Position numbers and translations under genes: made by a program
The notes under the pieces: generated by a model
Database searches by the model: none
What the model saw: only the letters and a program-made list of their open reading frames with translations
Told to the model about the DNA's origin: nothing
In this document: piece after piece, positions 46,801 through 60,970 of the stretch
Layout of the letters: every line of letters starts with the position of its first letter
Numbering within the stretch: the first letter of the stretch is position 1
Source: Octopus sinensis
Lineage: Eukaryota
NCBI RefSeq assembly: GCF_006345805.1
Contig: NC_042997.1
Location: forward strand, 88,660,001-88,724,000
DNA: 64,000 nt
Direction of reading: 5' to 3'

Positions 46801-49800
46801 GATACAACAATGACTTGATATAAATTATCAACCTCTTGGCTTGTTATCTGATACCCTAATAGTTTCACTGTCCTCACATTCTTCGAACATAAGGTCTGTG
46901 AATTAAATAACTGCCTCCACTTATAAACTAATTGTCTGTGGATCACGAAAAACTTGCCTATCGAGATGTATCCTACTTCAAATGTAGTTCCAGTGACTTG
47001 ACCCTCTTTGAGTTTATATTAAACATTTACTCTCTTATTTTATTTAAAATTGTTGGAAGGTTATTTTAGATTCTCTGCTAGTTATTTATATCATTCAATG
47101 AATACATTTCTTTAATCAATGAATGCAATTTTATTCAGTAAACAAATGCAATCTTTGTGTTGATAAATACATTTCTTTAGCATTATAACTATATATTTTG
47201 TAGTAGATGAATATATTTATTTAACAAAAATGTAACAGTGAAATGATAAAGGCAGTGTTTTAGTTGATGGTAATTATTCAACTAATCTCTTTATTTGGTA
47301 AACAAAGATTTTATTCTGACATTTCATCATCTGTAAATTAATTTATTCTGTTGCAGATGACAGTTTTATAATGGATAAGGAACTGAAGAAAATGGCTGAA
47401 AACTTCCGTGAACATGCTGTAGAGCTTGTAGGATTGTTAGATATTTCAACCCCTATTATGGCTAAACTGAAAGTAAGTCATAGAATTCTTAGGCATTTTC
47501 TTTTGGTAGTCCTATCAATATAATACATTTTACTAGTTTGACCATTGAAAGAGCCTATATATGGATACCTGACATTCAAATTTTTCTGAAGTATTACTTT
47601 ATGGTCTTAGAAAAATAAAACCATATTGGATAATGAAATCTGAGATAAACTCTGTGAAAAGTCAGGATAGTCACATCTACAATGCATTTGATATTATTTA
47701 TCTCTCTCTCTCTCTGAATCAGCTCTGCTGTGCTTGAGAGAGTGTTGTGGTTGACCACATCTTTAAATCTTTTTCTGGATGAAAGATTAATCTATAGCAG
47801 GCAACATTCCCAAGAGAATTTGTACCTACTCTTGACAGTTAAGTAAATTGAGGCACAGATATAATGAAGTACCTTGACACTGAGACTACTTAAAATACCT
47901 AAAGTGGATTGAACTCAAAGCTTATAAGCTTGTAGTTCATTAACTTATCCATTTGGTCATATGACCTTGATGACAACAATAATTATAATATTTTACATGC
48001 TGTTCTTTTTTTAGTCATTCTAGTTTACTCATCAGTAATTAATATAGAAAATATCCTCTCTCCAAGTAAATTATTGTTAATGCCTATGTTCCAAGCTGGC
48101 ATTGGTTGGATAGTTTGACAGGAATCAACTAGCCTGAAGACTGTGTTGGTCTCCATTGTTTGCTTTGGTAAAGTTTCTATGACTAGATATCCTTCCTAAT
48201 GCCAACCACTTTACAGAGTGTACTGAGGGTTTTTTTTTCAGGGCCCAGGCACTATTAATGTTGATTATAGTAGAACATTCTAAAATAAATGTGTTATAAA
48301 GTCAATAACTATTTCAATTCTGTTCCAGAAAATGTTGGACCAACTACCCAGTCAGCATTTACCTGATGTCTGTGCTGCCATTGTGAAAGCTTCTTATTCA
48401 GAGAAGATGCAAGTTTTAGACGCTGTAGAACTATCTGACCGATTCAAGCGTGCACTTCCTTTGATTGTCAGACAAATTGAGGTAATGATCTGCTTTTGGT
48501 ATTATCACACAACATGCAGGTAATGGGCATATTTGAAATAATAAAACATTGAATTGAGCTTTTCTTTTGTAACTAGCTCAGTATATCAGTCTGTTCAAAT
48601 AATATTAGGGTCTAGTTTTTAATCCTTATTGTATCAAGAAACTACATCAGTTTACCTAAGTGAAAATAGGATCTTTTTCTATGCCAAAGCATAAGACTTA
48701 GCTGTAAGAAGATCAAATGTAACTACTTGTGTCCCATCAATACATTAATGTCTCTATTTTCTTAAAACAATCACACTTTGGTGAATATTATTAAAATATA
48801 TAAGATATTAGTTTTTGATGTTTATTTCATTCTTTGTTACTTTTATTTATTATATAATTTTGTGTTCCTTATATCCCAGGCTCTTCGCTTGTTGCAAAAA
48901 GTTAAGAAGGAAAAGTTTGAAATTGTCATACGCAAAGAAATGGCTCGTCCGTCTCATTCAAAGAAAATTTTCCGGCGAGTGAGTGAGGATTTTGATGATG
49001 GCCAGGAGATCGATACTGATGAATATGCAGACTTTGAACAAAAAATCAAGTAATGGATCATTTTTATTTTTGGAGATTGTCATTACTAACATTTGTTTGC
49101 AATCTATATGAAATTAACATTTGAACTACCATAATGTGTTTTTACTGTTTTCATGAGATGACCGTAAAGTGGACATCTATTTCCTAGCTCTCTCTGCTGG
49201 AGCATGTAGAGTTATGTGTCTTACCTAAAAATACAAAACAATGGTTCTGTAGTGTGGTGCAAAATATGTAAGTTAGGTATGTATGAAAATCTAGTAAGAG
49301 TCCATGTGTGAAGATGCTATAAATTCAGTGAAGAATTTATATACAGGCTCTATTCTTGTCCACAAGGCTCTATCCTTGGTCATCTTTGTGGCAATCATTT
49401 TAGGATTTAGGATTAGATAACTTTGGGAACATAATCTGTTGAGAAATTGTAGAAAGGGCACAAAGCTTATAAAAATGGATTTGAGTAAAAAATCTATTGT
49501 CATCTAATGCAGATTAAAAGTAATAATAAATAAGGAAGGATACTACATGTTAGTATATGAATAGTCTTATTTAGTACATAGCTAGGATTTTGTGAGGATT
49601 ACTGATGTGTATATAGTGTAAGCAATAGATATACAAAAGATGTATGTGTTTGTCTGTGGGGTTTCTGGTAAACTTATAGTGAATAACAACTTAAAATGCA
49701 TCTGATGCTCTGTGTAGCTAATAGGGGCTGTATTTACACAATGAAGAATATTGTCACTTGTAGAACATAAATTGTATTGGATGAAATGACACTATAGTAG

Positions 49801-52800
49801 ATGGAATATCAATAGAGAATTGTCTCACTGTCTTTTTCATTGCTCTAAGATCAACAGTGGGATAGAATGTTGTAGAAATATTTAACTGTTTATGTGAAAA
49901 TATACACATTTGTGTAAAACTGTACACATATTCTCCTTGTTGATATGTTTAGTGTGTTACCTAATGAATGTCATAATGTTGCAATCACTGTTACATTATT
50001 GTGCAGTTAATATGCCGCTTAAGACTTTTGTTTACATGGGTAAGTCTTTTGTTGTTCTTTAACCCCAAATCAGCTCCAATCCAAAGAAGAAAAAAAATTC
50101 AGCTGTAACCATCCCATTTTTTATTTAGATATTATATATCAAAGACTACATTGTGCCCTTTACTTTCTAATTGTTCCATCAGCCATGTAAATGTTCATTG
50201 TTGGCTTGAAAGGCCTTTTTATTTTTAGGGTAAGGATATATTCAATTACAACTTCCTCTGATACTTACTTGGCTTTGATTTTATTAAGCTCACCCCATCA
50301 TGCAAATAGTGTGATTTGTACTCAGAATGTTGAAGACAAAATTAAATAGTTTAAGATAAGTGACCTTTTTAAAAGAAGTACAACATTTGATGGATAAATC
50401 ATTATTCTGTTGTAATTTTTTTTTTTGAAGCCTGTTTTTTCAGCTGAATGAGAATTTTAGAAGCATCTCTTTGTGCTTCTTTAAATTGTAATTACTTATT
50501 TAAAGTAATTGCAATTGTGTTCAAAGTATTGAAATCTGAAGAGATTTCCAGGAAAAAATGTTCTGGTGGTGTACTTATTCTGAAACTCCACTTTTTTTTT
50601 ACAGTTTTATGAATAATTATGTTTTGTAGTATGAAATTATGTAGCTTTTTCAACATAGTTGTCAATCACAAAAAGATTCTGCTCTTTTGCTCTGTGACAT
50701 ATAATTTGTTACTATACAATTTCTACTGTGTCTCTGCATTAATGTTGCACATAACAATGTTAGATTGCTTATTGTATTGTTTTAGACTTGCAAAGATGCC
50801 AAAGGGTGCACATAAGGCTGCAATAAAGGAACTGAAGCGGTTTAAGAATATGATGCCTAATATGCCAGAACATGTTATGATCAGGTAAGTTTACACTGGA
50901 TGTTTTTAGCTGGTTGCGTGACCAAATAACAGCTCTCTCTCTCTCATTGGCTTGTAACTAGGGCAGTTAATAGAGAGGCTTGATACTTCTTACTTGCTGT
51001 GATTCCTGATGAATTTGACAGCAAATATGTATATTCTTCTATTATATAATAATGGTTGTTGTTTGTTGCTTAGACCCTATGATCAAAAATGCTCCATCTT
51101 TGACTGTCCTGCTTTTGTGTACATTTGTAACTCATTAAGCCCTTCGTTCCTTATGGAATATGAGCCATCAATGACTTTTCTCCACTCTTCTCAATTCTGG
51201 CCTATCTTTTCCCTTTCCCAGGCCTTCTTGATTTTGAATTGTCATCGATGCTTCTGTAACTTTGCTTTTCTAGCCAATCTATTTTTACCCCTGGGAAGAG
51301 ATGGTTAATATTAGTCTGGCTTCTGTCTTTTGACCTGTCAGTGTGGGAGGCCCTAACAAGTGCTTGTGCTCCACTGGCACAACTCTCAGGATCATTGAGG
51401 CACACAAGCCACTATCATCATTATCACCATTTTTTAACGTCCACTTTCCCATGCTAACGTGTTGAATGGTTTGACATGGAGCTAGCTACTAGGGAGCTGT
51501 CCAGACTCTGGCTGTCTGTTGAAGTATGGTTTCTATGGCTGTATGGCCCTTCCTAACATTAACCACTTAACAATATGCTGGGTGCTTTTTAGACGCCACA
51601 ACCACAGGTGCATTTACATGCCATTGGCACAGGTACATTTACACAGCACTGGCACAGGTGCTTTTTAAGTGACACCAGCACTGAAAGGACAAGCTTGTAT
51701 GTGAGGAAGACAGGATTTTACTAATCTGACATGTCTTATCAAGTACAGTAAATTGCCACATCTCCTGGTCGCTTGTCATTTCCACAGTGAGGCCCAGCAT
51801 CCGAAGATCCTTTCTCACCACTTTGTCCCATGTCTTCCTGGGTCTACCCCTTCCACAGGTGCCCTCACAGTTAGAGCTCGGCACTTCTTTATCCACTATG
51901 TTGCAACAAGAACTGAACTGTGTGGTGGGGATATGTGCGAGCTTGAAGCATTTGATCACTTTTTGCTTTTGCCAAATTCTCTGTGTTTGCACTTTAGATC
52001 TTGTGCTAAATTAAGTTTGTCATCATCACCTGATTAATTTCCTTCAATAACTCAAAAGGTACTTCTATTGTTAGACTAATTCCCTTCAACAGCTCAAAAG
52101 GCACCTCCATTCATTGGGTTAATTCACTATGTCATCCATGGGAAAACTCCTCCAGAATGCATTTGCAAGAGAGCCTCTCCTGGGATGGCATAAACGGTTA
52201 GATGGGTAGCTGAAAACAGATTAATATGATCAAATTGGATCTTGAACCAATGACACTGGAATCACATGTTGATGATCTCCTCATCAAACATCTGTGATTG
52301 CTGAGCATGTTTGATTTCTGTTTGTGATACTGTGGAGTCACTGGTTGGATCCAGCTGAACTCATCTTGGGTGAATACGTAGGGGTATGATCTGAGTGTGA
52401 CTAAGTTGCTGTTTTTAGCAGGTTGGGTGACTACATAACAGGTCTCTCTCTCATTGGCTTGTAACTACGATTATTAGTAGAGATGGTTAACACCTTTTAC
52501 TTGCTGTGATTTCTGCATATCCTGGCATTAAAACCAAATTGTTCAGGTATTCTCTTTAAGACTAATTGTAAATAGAGAAACTGTAGAATCCAGTGAAACT
52601 AATGATGGTTTGGTGTAGGTAAATAGTGTGTTCAAAATATTTACAGAATGGTATAAATTAGTGAGAACAGAGATTTGATTTTTTGGAAGGCATCCTTGCC
52701 TGAAATCTCAGAACCCACTTCTTCCTCATTGAAAACTAACTATATTACTTAATGACTTAGTGAACTCCTTACAATTAGAGGGCTAAGGCCTAAATCAAAT

Positions 52801-55800
52801 TTAGCCATCATTACCAGAAATGTGGCACCAGCAAGTCCAAGGACCCAATCTTTGGTGATGTAGCTGCTGTTGCTGCTGATATTGTTGATAATAGTGGTGA
52901 TGATGATGATATGATGACTAATGATGATTAATAATGATAATGATGATATAATGATAATAACAATAGGAAAACAGTCTGACTATGAAAATTTGAAAGTGAA
53001 ATGGAAAATAGATCAAAACAGGAGGATATAAGTATTACAGATGAGAAAGTGAAAATGATGCTTAAGAAAGTACCAAATTGGAAATCTTCTGGACTAGATG
53101 GCATTCAGGGATTCTGGATTAAAAAACTCTCAAACATGTACAACTATATAGAAATGTTTCCTACTGACCGTACAGAAATTGGAATGCCAACATCATCATC
53201 ATGGATGTCAAAAACAAAGACAGTTTTAGTACAGAAGGATCTACTGTAAAAAAAAAAGGTTAAAAAGGAAGGGAATACAGTAATTATAGGCCTATAACAT
53301 GCTTATTGTTACCTTGGAAATTATTAATTGGCCTCAAAGCAGATATGGTATAATATATAGCTGTCTGGAGAATCTATTGCCAGAGGAGCAAAAGTGATGT
53401 AGAAAGAAGTCAAGGGAACTACTGAAGTCTTATATATCAATAGCATGATGTTTTAAGTGATACTTAATTCTATTGATTCCAAAAGAATCAAAGGCAAATC
53501 AAAAGCAACTTTGCTGCCCTAATAATAGTTATAATAATAATAATCGTGTTTAACATAGTTGCAAGTGTACCTATGTTACAGGGCTGACCAAGGGCAAAAC
53601 AATAACAATATCTTGTAATATACTGAGGAGCTCTCGCTCAACTTTAAGAGAAATGGAATATATTAATGTCAACATTATTGACCACATGTATCTAACAAAT
53701 ATACTGTGTGTGTTTGCTGTGGTGGAGATTCCTCTCTCATTGCGCTTGGTGTTAAAACACCTGAAAGTCATGGACAAGCGAGACAATTCACCCCAGATCC
53801 CATTTAGAAGTAATGGACATTGATGTTGCACCATTTTTTGTGGTTTATCAATATAACATACCCAAACCAAATTGGCAGTGAATTATACTATCACTACTTT
53901 TTTTTCATATTTGAATTAATGTCAACATTTTTCTATTTCAGGAATTATCTAGAACTTATGGTGGAACTTCCTTGGTCAAAAAGCAACAAGGACACATTGG
54001 ACATTGTCCAAGCTAGGTGATGTCTGCTTTTACCATTTATTATAGTTTCCTCACTTGAAACTTTCTACTGTTATTGTCTTTCTTTTTATTTCTCTCTACC
54101 CTATCTCATTCTCCCCCTCTCTTCCTTTTCTATTTTTCTTTCATCTTTCTCTTTATATTTACATTCCTCTTTTCAGTAACTTTTTAAAATGTATACTGTT
54201 ATCATCACTAGTATATTTATTACTATCTTTGCTACAACCACCATCCCATCACCTTCACTATCCTCAGCTTCTTCATAATTATCATTTTCATAGGTACAGG
54301 TGGGGCTGTGTGGTTAACCCTCTGGTGGTGCAGTGGGATATCTTGTGCCCGGGTGATGTTTGTATATGTATATCTTATTACCTTCTACAACATTACTAAA
54401 AGAGGGGTAAATATTGAGGATCAGTTGTGTTCCATCTACAATGTTTCCAGAAATACTCAACATTGACCAGTTACAGTTTTTTACACCATACTCAGTGTTG
54501 CAAGAATAAATGCATACAATATATTCATAGCAAACTCTCAAACAGCTATCAGGCACCGAAAGTTTCTGAGGGAATGGTGGAGGGCCATATCCATCATTGC
54601 AAGACAAACCCATATTTGAGGAAAGACTTGAAAAAGCAGATTCAACATTTCTCAGTATCTAAGGAATTACCTCCAAAACGTCATTGTGAAGATTCCATGC
54701 AAAGATGCTTATTGTGTCCCAGGTCAAAAGATTGTAAGACAAGAAATTGCTGCCAGAAGTGCTGTAAGCCCATCTGCTTGGAACATGCTATGCACATTTG
54801 CATTGATTGCTTTGCTCAGAGTAATGCAAACAATGAGTAAACTATAAATATGAAAGGAGCACTCACCCCATCAAAAAATAGTTTTATTTTGTTTGACCTT
54901 CATTTTCAAAGAATACTCGTTTGTTTTTGGTTGCAGAATGTTTTTTGGTAATATTATTGCTCAAGAACACATATATAAAGTAATAAAAAGTACTAAAAAT
55001 AGTTAAAACTATGAGTGGAGTTCTCCATACCCCACTGCACTAACCATGAAAAATACAGAATGGCACCTCACCACGGAAGGTTAAGAAGCTTGTTTCCCAA
55101 CTACATGGTTTCAGGTTCAATCCAATTGTGTGGCACCTTGGGCAAGTGTCTTTTACTGTAGTCCAGGGTGACCATAGTTTTGTGAGTAAATTTGGTAGAT
55201 GAAAATTGAAAGAAGTCTGTTGCTTTTGTGTGTGTGCACGCACACATGCACACAAGTGTAAAGTATAATTTTGTCTGAGTTTATAAAATGTTCTTAATGA
55301 TCAGTGATGGTCTTCCTCAGTCATGAGTGGACAGCCACCATATGAGTGTGTGTGTGTATACTTGTGTTTCTTTGTCTTGACACTACATGACAGTTGTGAG
55401 TGAGTGTCACTGTCATACAAAAAATGTCATTCATTTTCAACATTTCATGTAATGTCTTGCCATGTAATGTCTTGGAAATAAGTGATGGTTGACAACAGGA
55501 AGGGTATGTGGCTGTAAAAAATCTGCCTCTGTAAACTCCATTTGATCCATGAAAGCATGGAAAAGCAGATGTTAATATGATGGTGATGGTTACAATATAA
55601 CATTTTAAAGAGCTAATAATATTTACATTGTTGCCTTTCTTGTTATGTTTCTGAGATTCTAATGAGAGTTTGATGGGGTCTTTAAGTGTTCATTTATTTT
55701 ATCTTGTAGAAAAGCTCTTGATATAGATCATTATGGTCTGGAAAAAGTAAAGAACCGTGTTCTGGAATACCTAGCTGTACGGCAGCTGAAAAACAGTTTG

Positions 55801-58800
55801 AAAGGACCAATCATGTGTTTTGTTGGACCGCCTGGTGTAGGTAAAACCAGTATTGGGCGATCTATTGCACATATCTTAGGAAGGGAATTCCATCGGTGAG
55901 AGCAAAATTTAACATTTTATTTGTTTAAAAAAAAAAAAGAAAACAGGAAAAACAAAGAAAATTTCATTGAATTTTGTTTTAGCCAATACGTTAAAATATA
56001 TGTCTTTGCTTTCATCAATGACTTTCTGTTGAAATATTTTATAAGTTGAGAAATAGCGTGATTTTGTTTGGTGATATTCAGTTTATTTCTACACAAGGTG
56101 TGTTGAAGGTACACACATACATTGATGCATATACATTTACAAATTTGCACATGTAGTCTGAGACTTACTCATGCATACGTACACATAAGACAAGAATTTT
56201 TCATACTATTAGAGTATGTATAGTTTGAAGCCTGTTCCTACAATGCACAGTAGGTTGAGCAAAACCTTGTGAATGAAATTTGAGAAATGGAAACTGTGTG
56301 GAAACCTGTCATGTGTGTTCTCTTTGCCAAAAGGTTTGCAAGGCACTAGCAGGCCTCAAAAGACATACATGATTACTGCTTTATTTTACTGAACCCTCAT
56401 TTGTCATTCACGAGAGAATCCATCATCACATATATATATATATGAAAGAACAAAATCAGTATGCTGAACTAAATATATCCTGTGGTTTTGAGTTCTGCTC
56501 AAGTTATATCCAAGGACGATTTGTAGATGCAAATGACAAAGAGTGATAAAAAGCACCAGATAAAGTACCGAGGTTGACTTGAGCAACTGAAACTGTTGAA
56601 GGATGTGCCTCATCAAAGCTGCAGTCATAAGACAAAATATTTGATGAGTAAAGGGAAAAAATATTAGCCAAATTGTGGACTTTTTTGCAGTGTCTGCATT
56701 ATGTTTCAGTTAGTTTGATTGAGTAATAGAAACATTGTGGATATAAAAGCCCCATGCAATATTATTTACTATCAAATTCTGCAGCATTAAGAGTGAAGGC
56801 ATCTGTCCTGATGGTTAGGCTGTTGCACTCACAATTGCAAGATTATGGTTTCTGTTCCTGGATCAGTATTGCATTATGTTACTCCAGTTTGTTCAGCTGT
56901 GAATGGGTAATCCTATAATGGACTGGCATCTTGTTCAGGTGAAATATTATGATCTCAGTCATTTATATGCCATGGAAAACGAGTAATCAGAGTAACTTGC
57001 ACTATTAGTCCCAAGATTTGAGAAAGGCATGTCCAGGGCCCCTAAGTGGGTAACACATATTTCCTTGTATATATCATATAAGTTTATATATATAACCATA
57101 ATAATAATGAACTTATTGCATACCGTACTCAGGTGCTCCACAAAATGCTCAGGTTGTAAGACACCTCTCTCTCTCTCTCTCTCTTGGAAAAGTACTTATC
57201 TATCACAAAGGTTTGATCTCAAATGTTGAAGTCAATAATCTGATAAATTGTTTTCTTGTTATCAACATCTCATCTCAGACATTTAAATATTTAACAAACA
57301 CATAATTATAATTATAGTTTATTATCTAAAATTCTGATTTAGAAATTGTCAGTAATTGTTTCTGAATATAGTAAATTAAACATTAACTGGAAAATTTATA
57401 ATTTAATTTGGTTAATTTCAGAATCGCTTTAGGGGGTATCAGCGATCAAAGCGAGATCCGAGGTCACCGCCGCACATACATTGGGAGTATGCCAGGACGT
57501 ATTATTCACGGCCTCAAATTGGTTGGAACTAATAATCCAGTGTTTTTGTTTGATGAGATTGATAAAATGGTAAATTTTCATTTCTGTTATAGTGAAAGGT
57601 TTTGTGGGTTGAAAAGCAAAAAAAAAATGATTTTGTTGTTGTATAAACCCAGGTCAGCCCTGATCTAGCAGACCTATGATCAAAGACATTCCAACTACGA
57701 CCATCCTGTCATTTTGCATATCAGGTACTAAAATGTCCTCTGTATCTTTCCCAATCTAAAGAAGCTGGATTGTGATTTTAGAGAGTCTTTCATAGCAGTT
57801 TATGCAACTAAATAGAGGCTCTCTTATTGGTTTGATTAGTACCAGTAATGTATTGGAATTGACTAAACTATAAAGTCTTTCTTTGCAAGTGTGTGGCCTT
57901 GTCTCTGAGATGACATTAGTTTTGCTTACAGCTAGGGGCTGATGATGTAGGGAGGAGATTTATTGAATGCTCTGGGAAGAACATTTTAGAGGTAAGGGTT
58001 AAATGTGGTAACATTGGGAGGTGTCTGAACATATAGAATATAACAAGAACCAATTTTAATGAATCTCCATTGTTGAAGTGGGTGGTGGTACATGAGATTG
58101 AGTACCAGTCAATGTTTTTGTCTGGCTAAACATTTTTATAGTAGGTCATGCAGTGTTGGGTGGGTTTGTAAGGAAGAAGAGAACAATGCAAGATACAGAA
58201 AGAAGTGGTGGGCTCAGATATTAGGATGCTGGGCTTCCCAGGTGGGATGATGAAAGATCATAATGATTGATAGTGTATGACAGAAGTATCCAACATTTGT
58301 TAACATGGAATAAACATGTTAAAATGTTGACAGAAATGGTGATGAACATATGATCCCGGAGCATTGAGCAAGTCATGTTACTTTCTCATTGACTTGTATT
58401 TCTCTATTTTTTTTCTGGTTTTTGTTTTTAATTTTTACTTTTATATTCTTTTTTTATATATATTTTAGAATAAGAGCATCCATGGAGACCCAGCTGCTGC
58501 ATTGCTTGAGGTTTTGGACCCTGAACAAAACCACACGTTTACTGATCAGTATCCTTTTGCAGTTAATGCTCACTAGAAGTGTAAGGTGGCTACTGTGGTT
58601 GTCTGCTACTTAAACATATCTGCTATGTTGTTTGAAAATATAAAATCTACATTTGAAATCTATTATCTAGAGTATTTCTGTGTTTCTTACTGAGAGTATA
58701 AGATGTCCATTATGCTTTGATGAGTATAAGCTGTCTACTGTGATATCTAGGATTTGGGCTGTCTAGGGAATATTTGGGAGAGTAAGCTGGCTATTGTGTT

Positions 58801-60153
58801 ACTTGAAAGAACACAAGATGTCCACTATGATGGCTTAAACTAGTGAACATTTTGGTCCTGGCTAGCCTATGTAGCATGCTCTGCTCTCCTTAGATTTAGC
58901 ACTCAAACATGTAGTCCTCATTTTAGAAACAGAAATTTGTATAGATTTAACTGTTACATTGATAGGTCAAGTAAAAAGAGATTTTGATGGCTTGTAGTGT
59001 TACTAATATTGTTGGTTGTTTTTGTGTAGATTTAGTCTACTGTTTTTGAGTAGATCTATCATGTGCAACCTGTCAAATGTTGCTTATCAGATCCATGACA
59101 GAAAGATATATTTGTGACAGTGAGATAGCCAATAAAATGTTTAGTTGTAAAGTTTTGGCACTAAGGTTTCCAGTCAAATGTTTGGGAACAAATATACAGC
59201 ACAAAGTTACTCAATCAATTGTTTAGAGTAAAACTTTAGATTTTGTACTTTATATATTTCATGTTTCAGTCCATGAATTATTTGGCCATGTTGAAGTAAT
59301 TGTGTCAGACTGGACATGTGAGATCTGCATTTTTTTTCCAATTTGTGTATCACATCTAACAGCATTGGTGGTTCATGGTTCTTTAGGTTTTATGAAAGTT
59401 GGTTTATTATGTTGTAGTGGTGGTAATGCTGTTGAATATTTCCAGTTATCTCTGTTACTACAGACTTGAAATTGAAAATTTGGGAGCAACCTGCAGATAT
59501 GGCCAACATTTGGGAGAAAGATGTAGATATAAAATTGAGTGTAAGTTTTCACGTAATGTTTAGCTGGCTATTGTTGAGATTATAAAGTTTGTTCAATTAC
59601 TGTTCAGCAGTAATAACAGCAACATGTCTGGTACAAATCATACTATTTATATGGAAATATTTAAATATTTAAATTATATCTGTAACAATATTTGAACTGT
59701 GACAAGTACTTGATTGCAGTTTGTTGTACTTTATTGTAAACTACACTGTGTTGCACTACATAACACACTATTCTACAATACACAATGCTGTTATATCACC
59801 ATATGATACAGTACAGCGTGATGTAATTACTACTTGACTAAATCACACTGTACTGTTCTATATTACATTAATTCATCACACTACACTAATGCAGCACACT
59901 ATGTCATTATTACAATCTTGAATAACATATATGTGGTGACTTGACCAGCTAATCTGCTTGCTTAGGGCTATATACACATAGATGGCACATGCGTGGCTGT
60001 GTGGTAAGAAGCTTGCTTCCCAACTACATGGTTCTGGGTTCAGTCCTACTGTGTGACACCTTGGGCAAGTGTCTTCTACTATAACCTTGGGCCAATCAAA
60101 GCATTATGAGTGGATTTGGTAGATGGAAACTGAAAGAAGCCCATCATATATAC

Positions 60154-60204
<51 letters not shown>

Positions 60205-60937
60205 GCACACACACGCACACACACACACATGTATATGTATGTATTTATGTGTGTGTGTGTGTCTGACCCATGTTGATGTATTTGCTTCCCAATAACATAG
60301 TGGTTTGGCAAAAGAAACTGATAGAAAAAGTACAAGGTTTACAAATAATAAGTTCTGGGTTCAATTTGTTTGACAAAAAAAAAACCCCTTTAAGGCGGTG
60401 CTCCAGCATGGCTGTAGTCAAAGTAAAAGAATAAAAGAAGAGATACACCATAAAACAATGTTTCAAAATTGTTGTTCTGTCACAGTTTAATATTTGTATT
60501 TTTCTCTGTTCTATAAACAACAACAGTAACAACACCAACAACAACATTTACTAGCTTATGTTTCAGATTATATTTTTCCTTAACTCCAGCCCCAGCTACC
60601 TGAATGTACCATTTGACCTCTCACAAGTGTTGTTTATCTGTACAGCCAACAACTTAGCTCCTATTCCACCTGCATTGATTGACCGCATGGAAATCATTTC
60701 CATCCAGGGTTACACTGAAGAGGAGAAGTTGCACATTGCTGAGAGGCATCTGATGCCTAAACAACTCACTCTACATGGATTGTCACCAGAACTGCTTCAC
60801 ATTCCCACTGATACAATTAAATTGATAAGTATGGAATGCTTTTCACTAATCATTTCAACTCATCAAAATATATTGTTAAATGAGAACAAATTTAATATTC
60901 AGTTGTTTAGGTGTGCATGTGTTCCTCCCCTTTCTCC

Positions 60938-60970
<33 letters not shown>

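Noticed and set aside
50903-52517. Direct repeat of about 105 bp (50903-51008 / 52409-52517) as LTRs of one element
   Set aside because: Diverged, without TG..CA ends or TSD; a related fragment occurs at about 57810, so these are dispersed copies.
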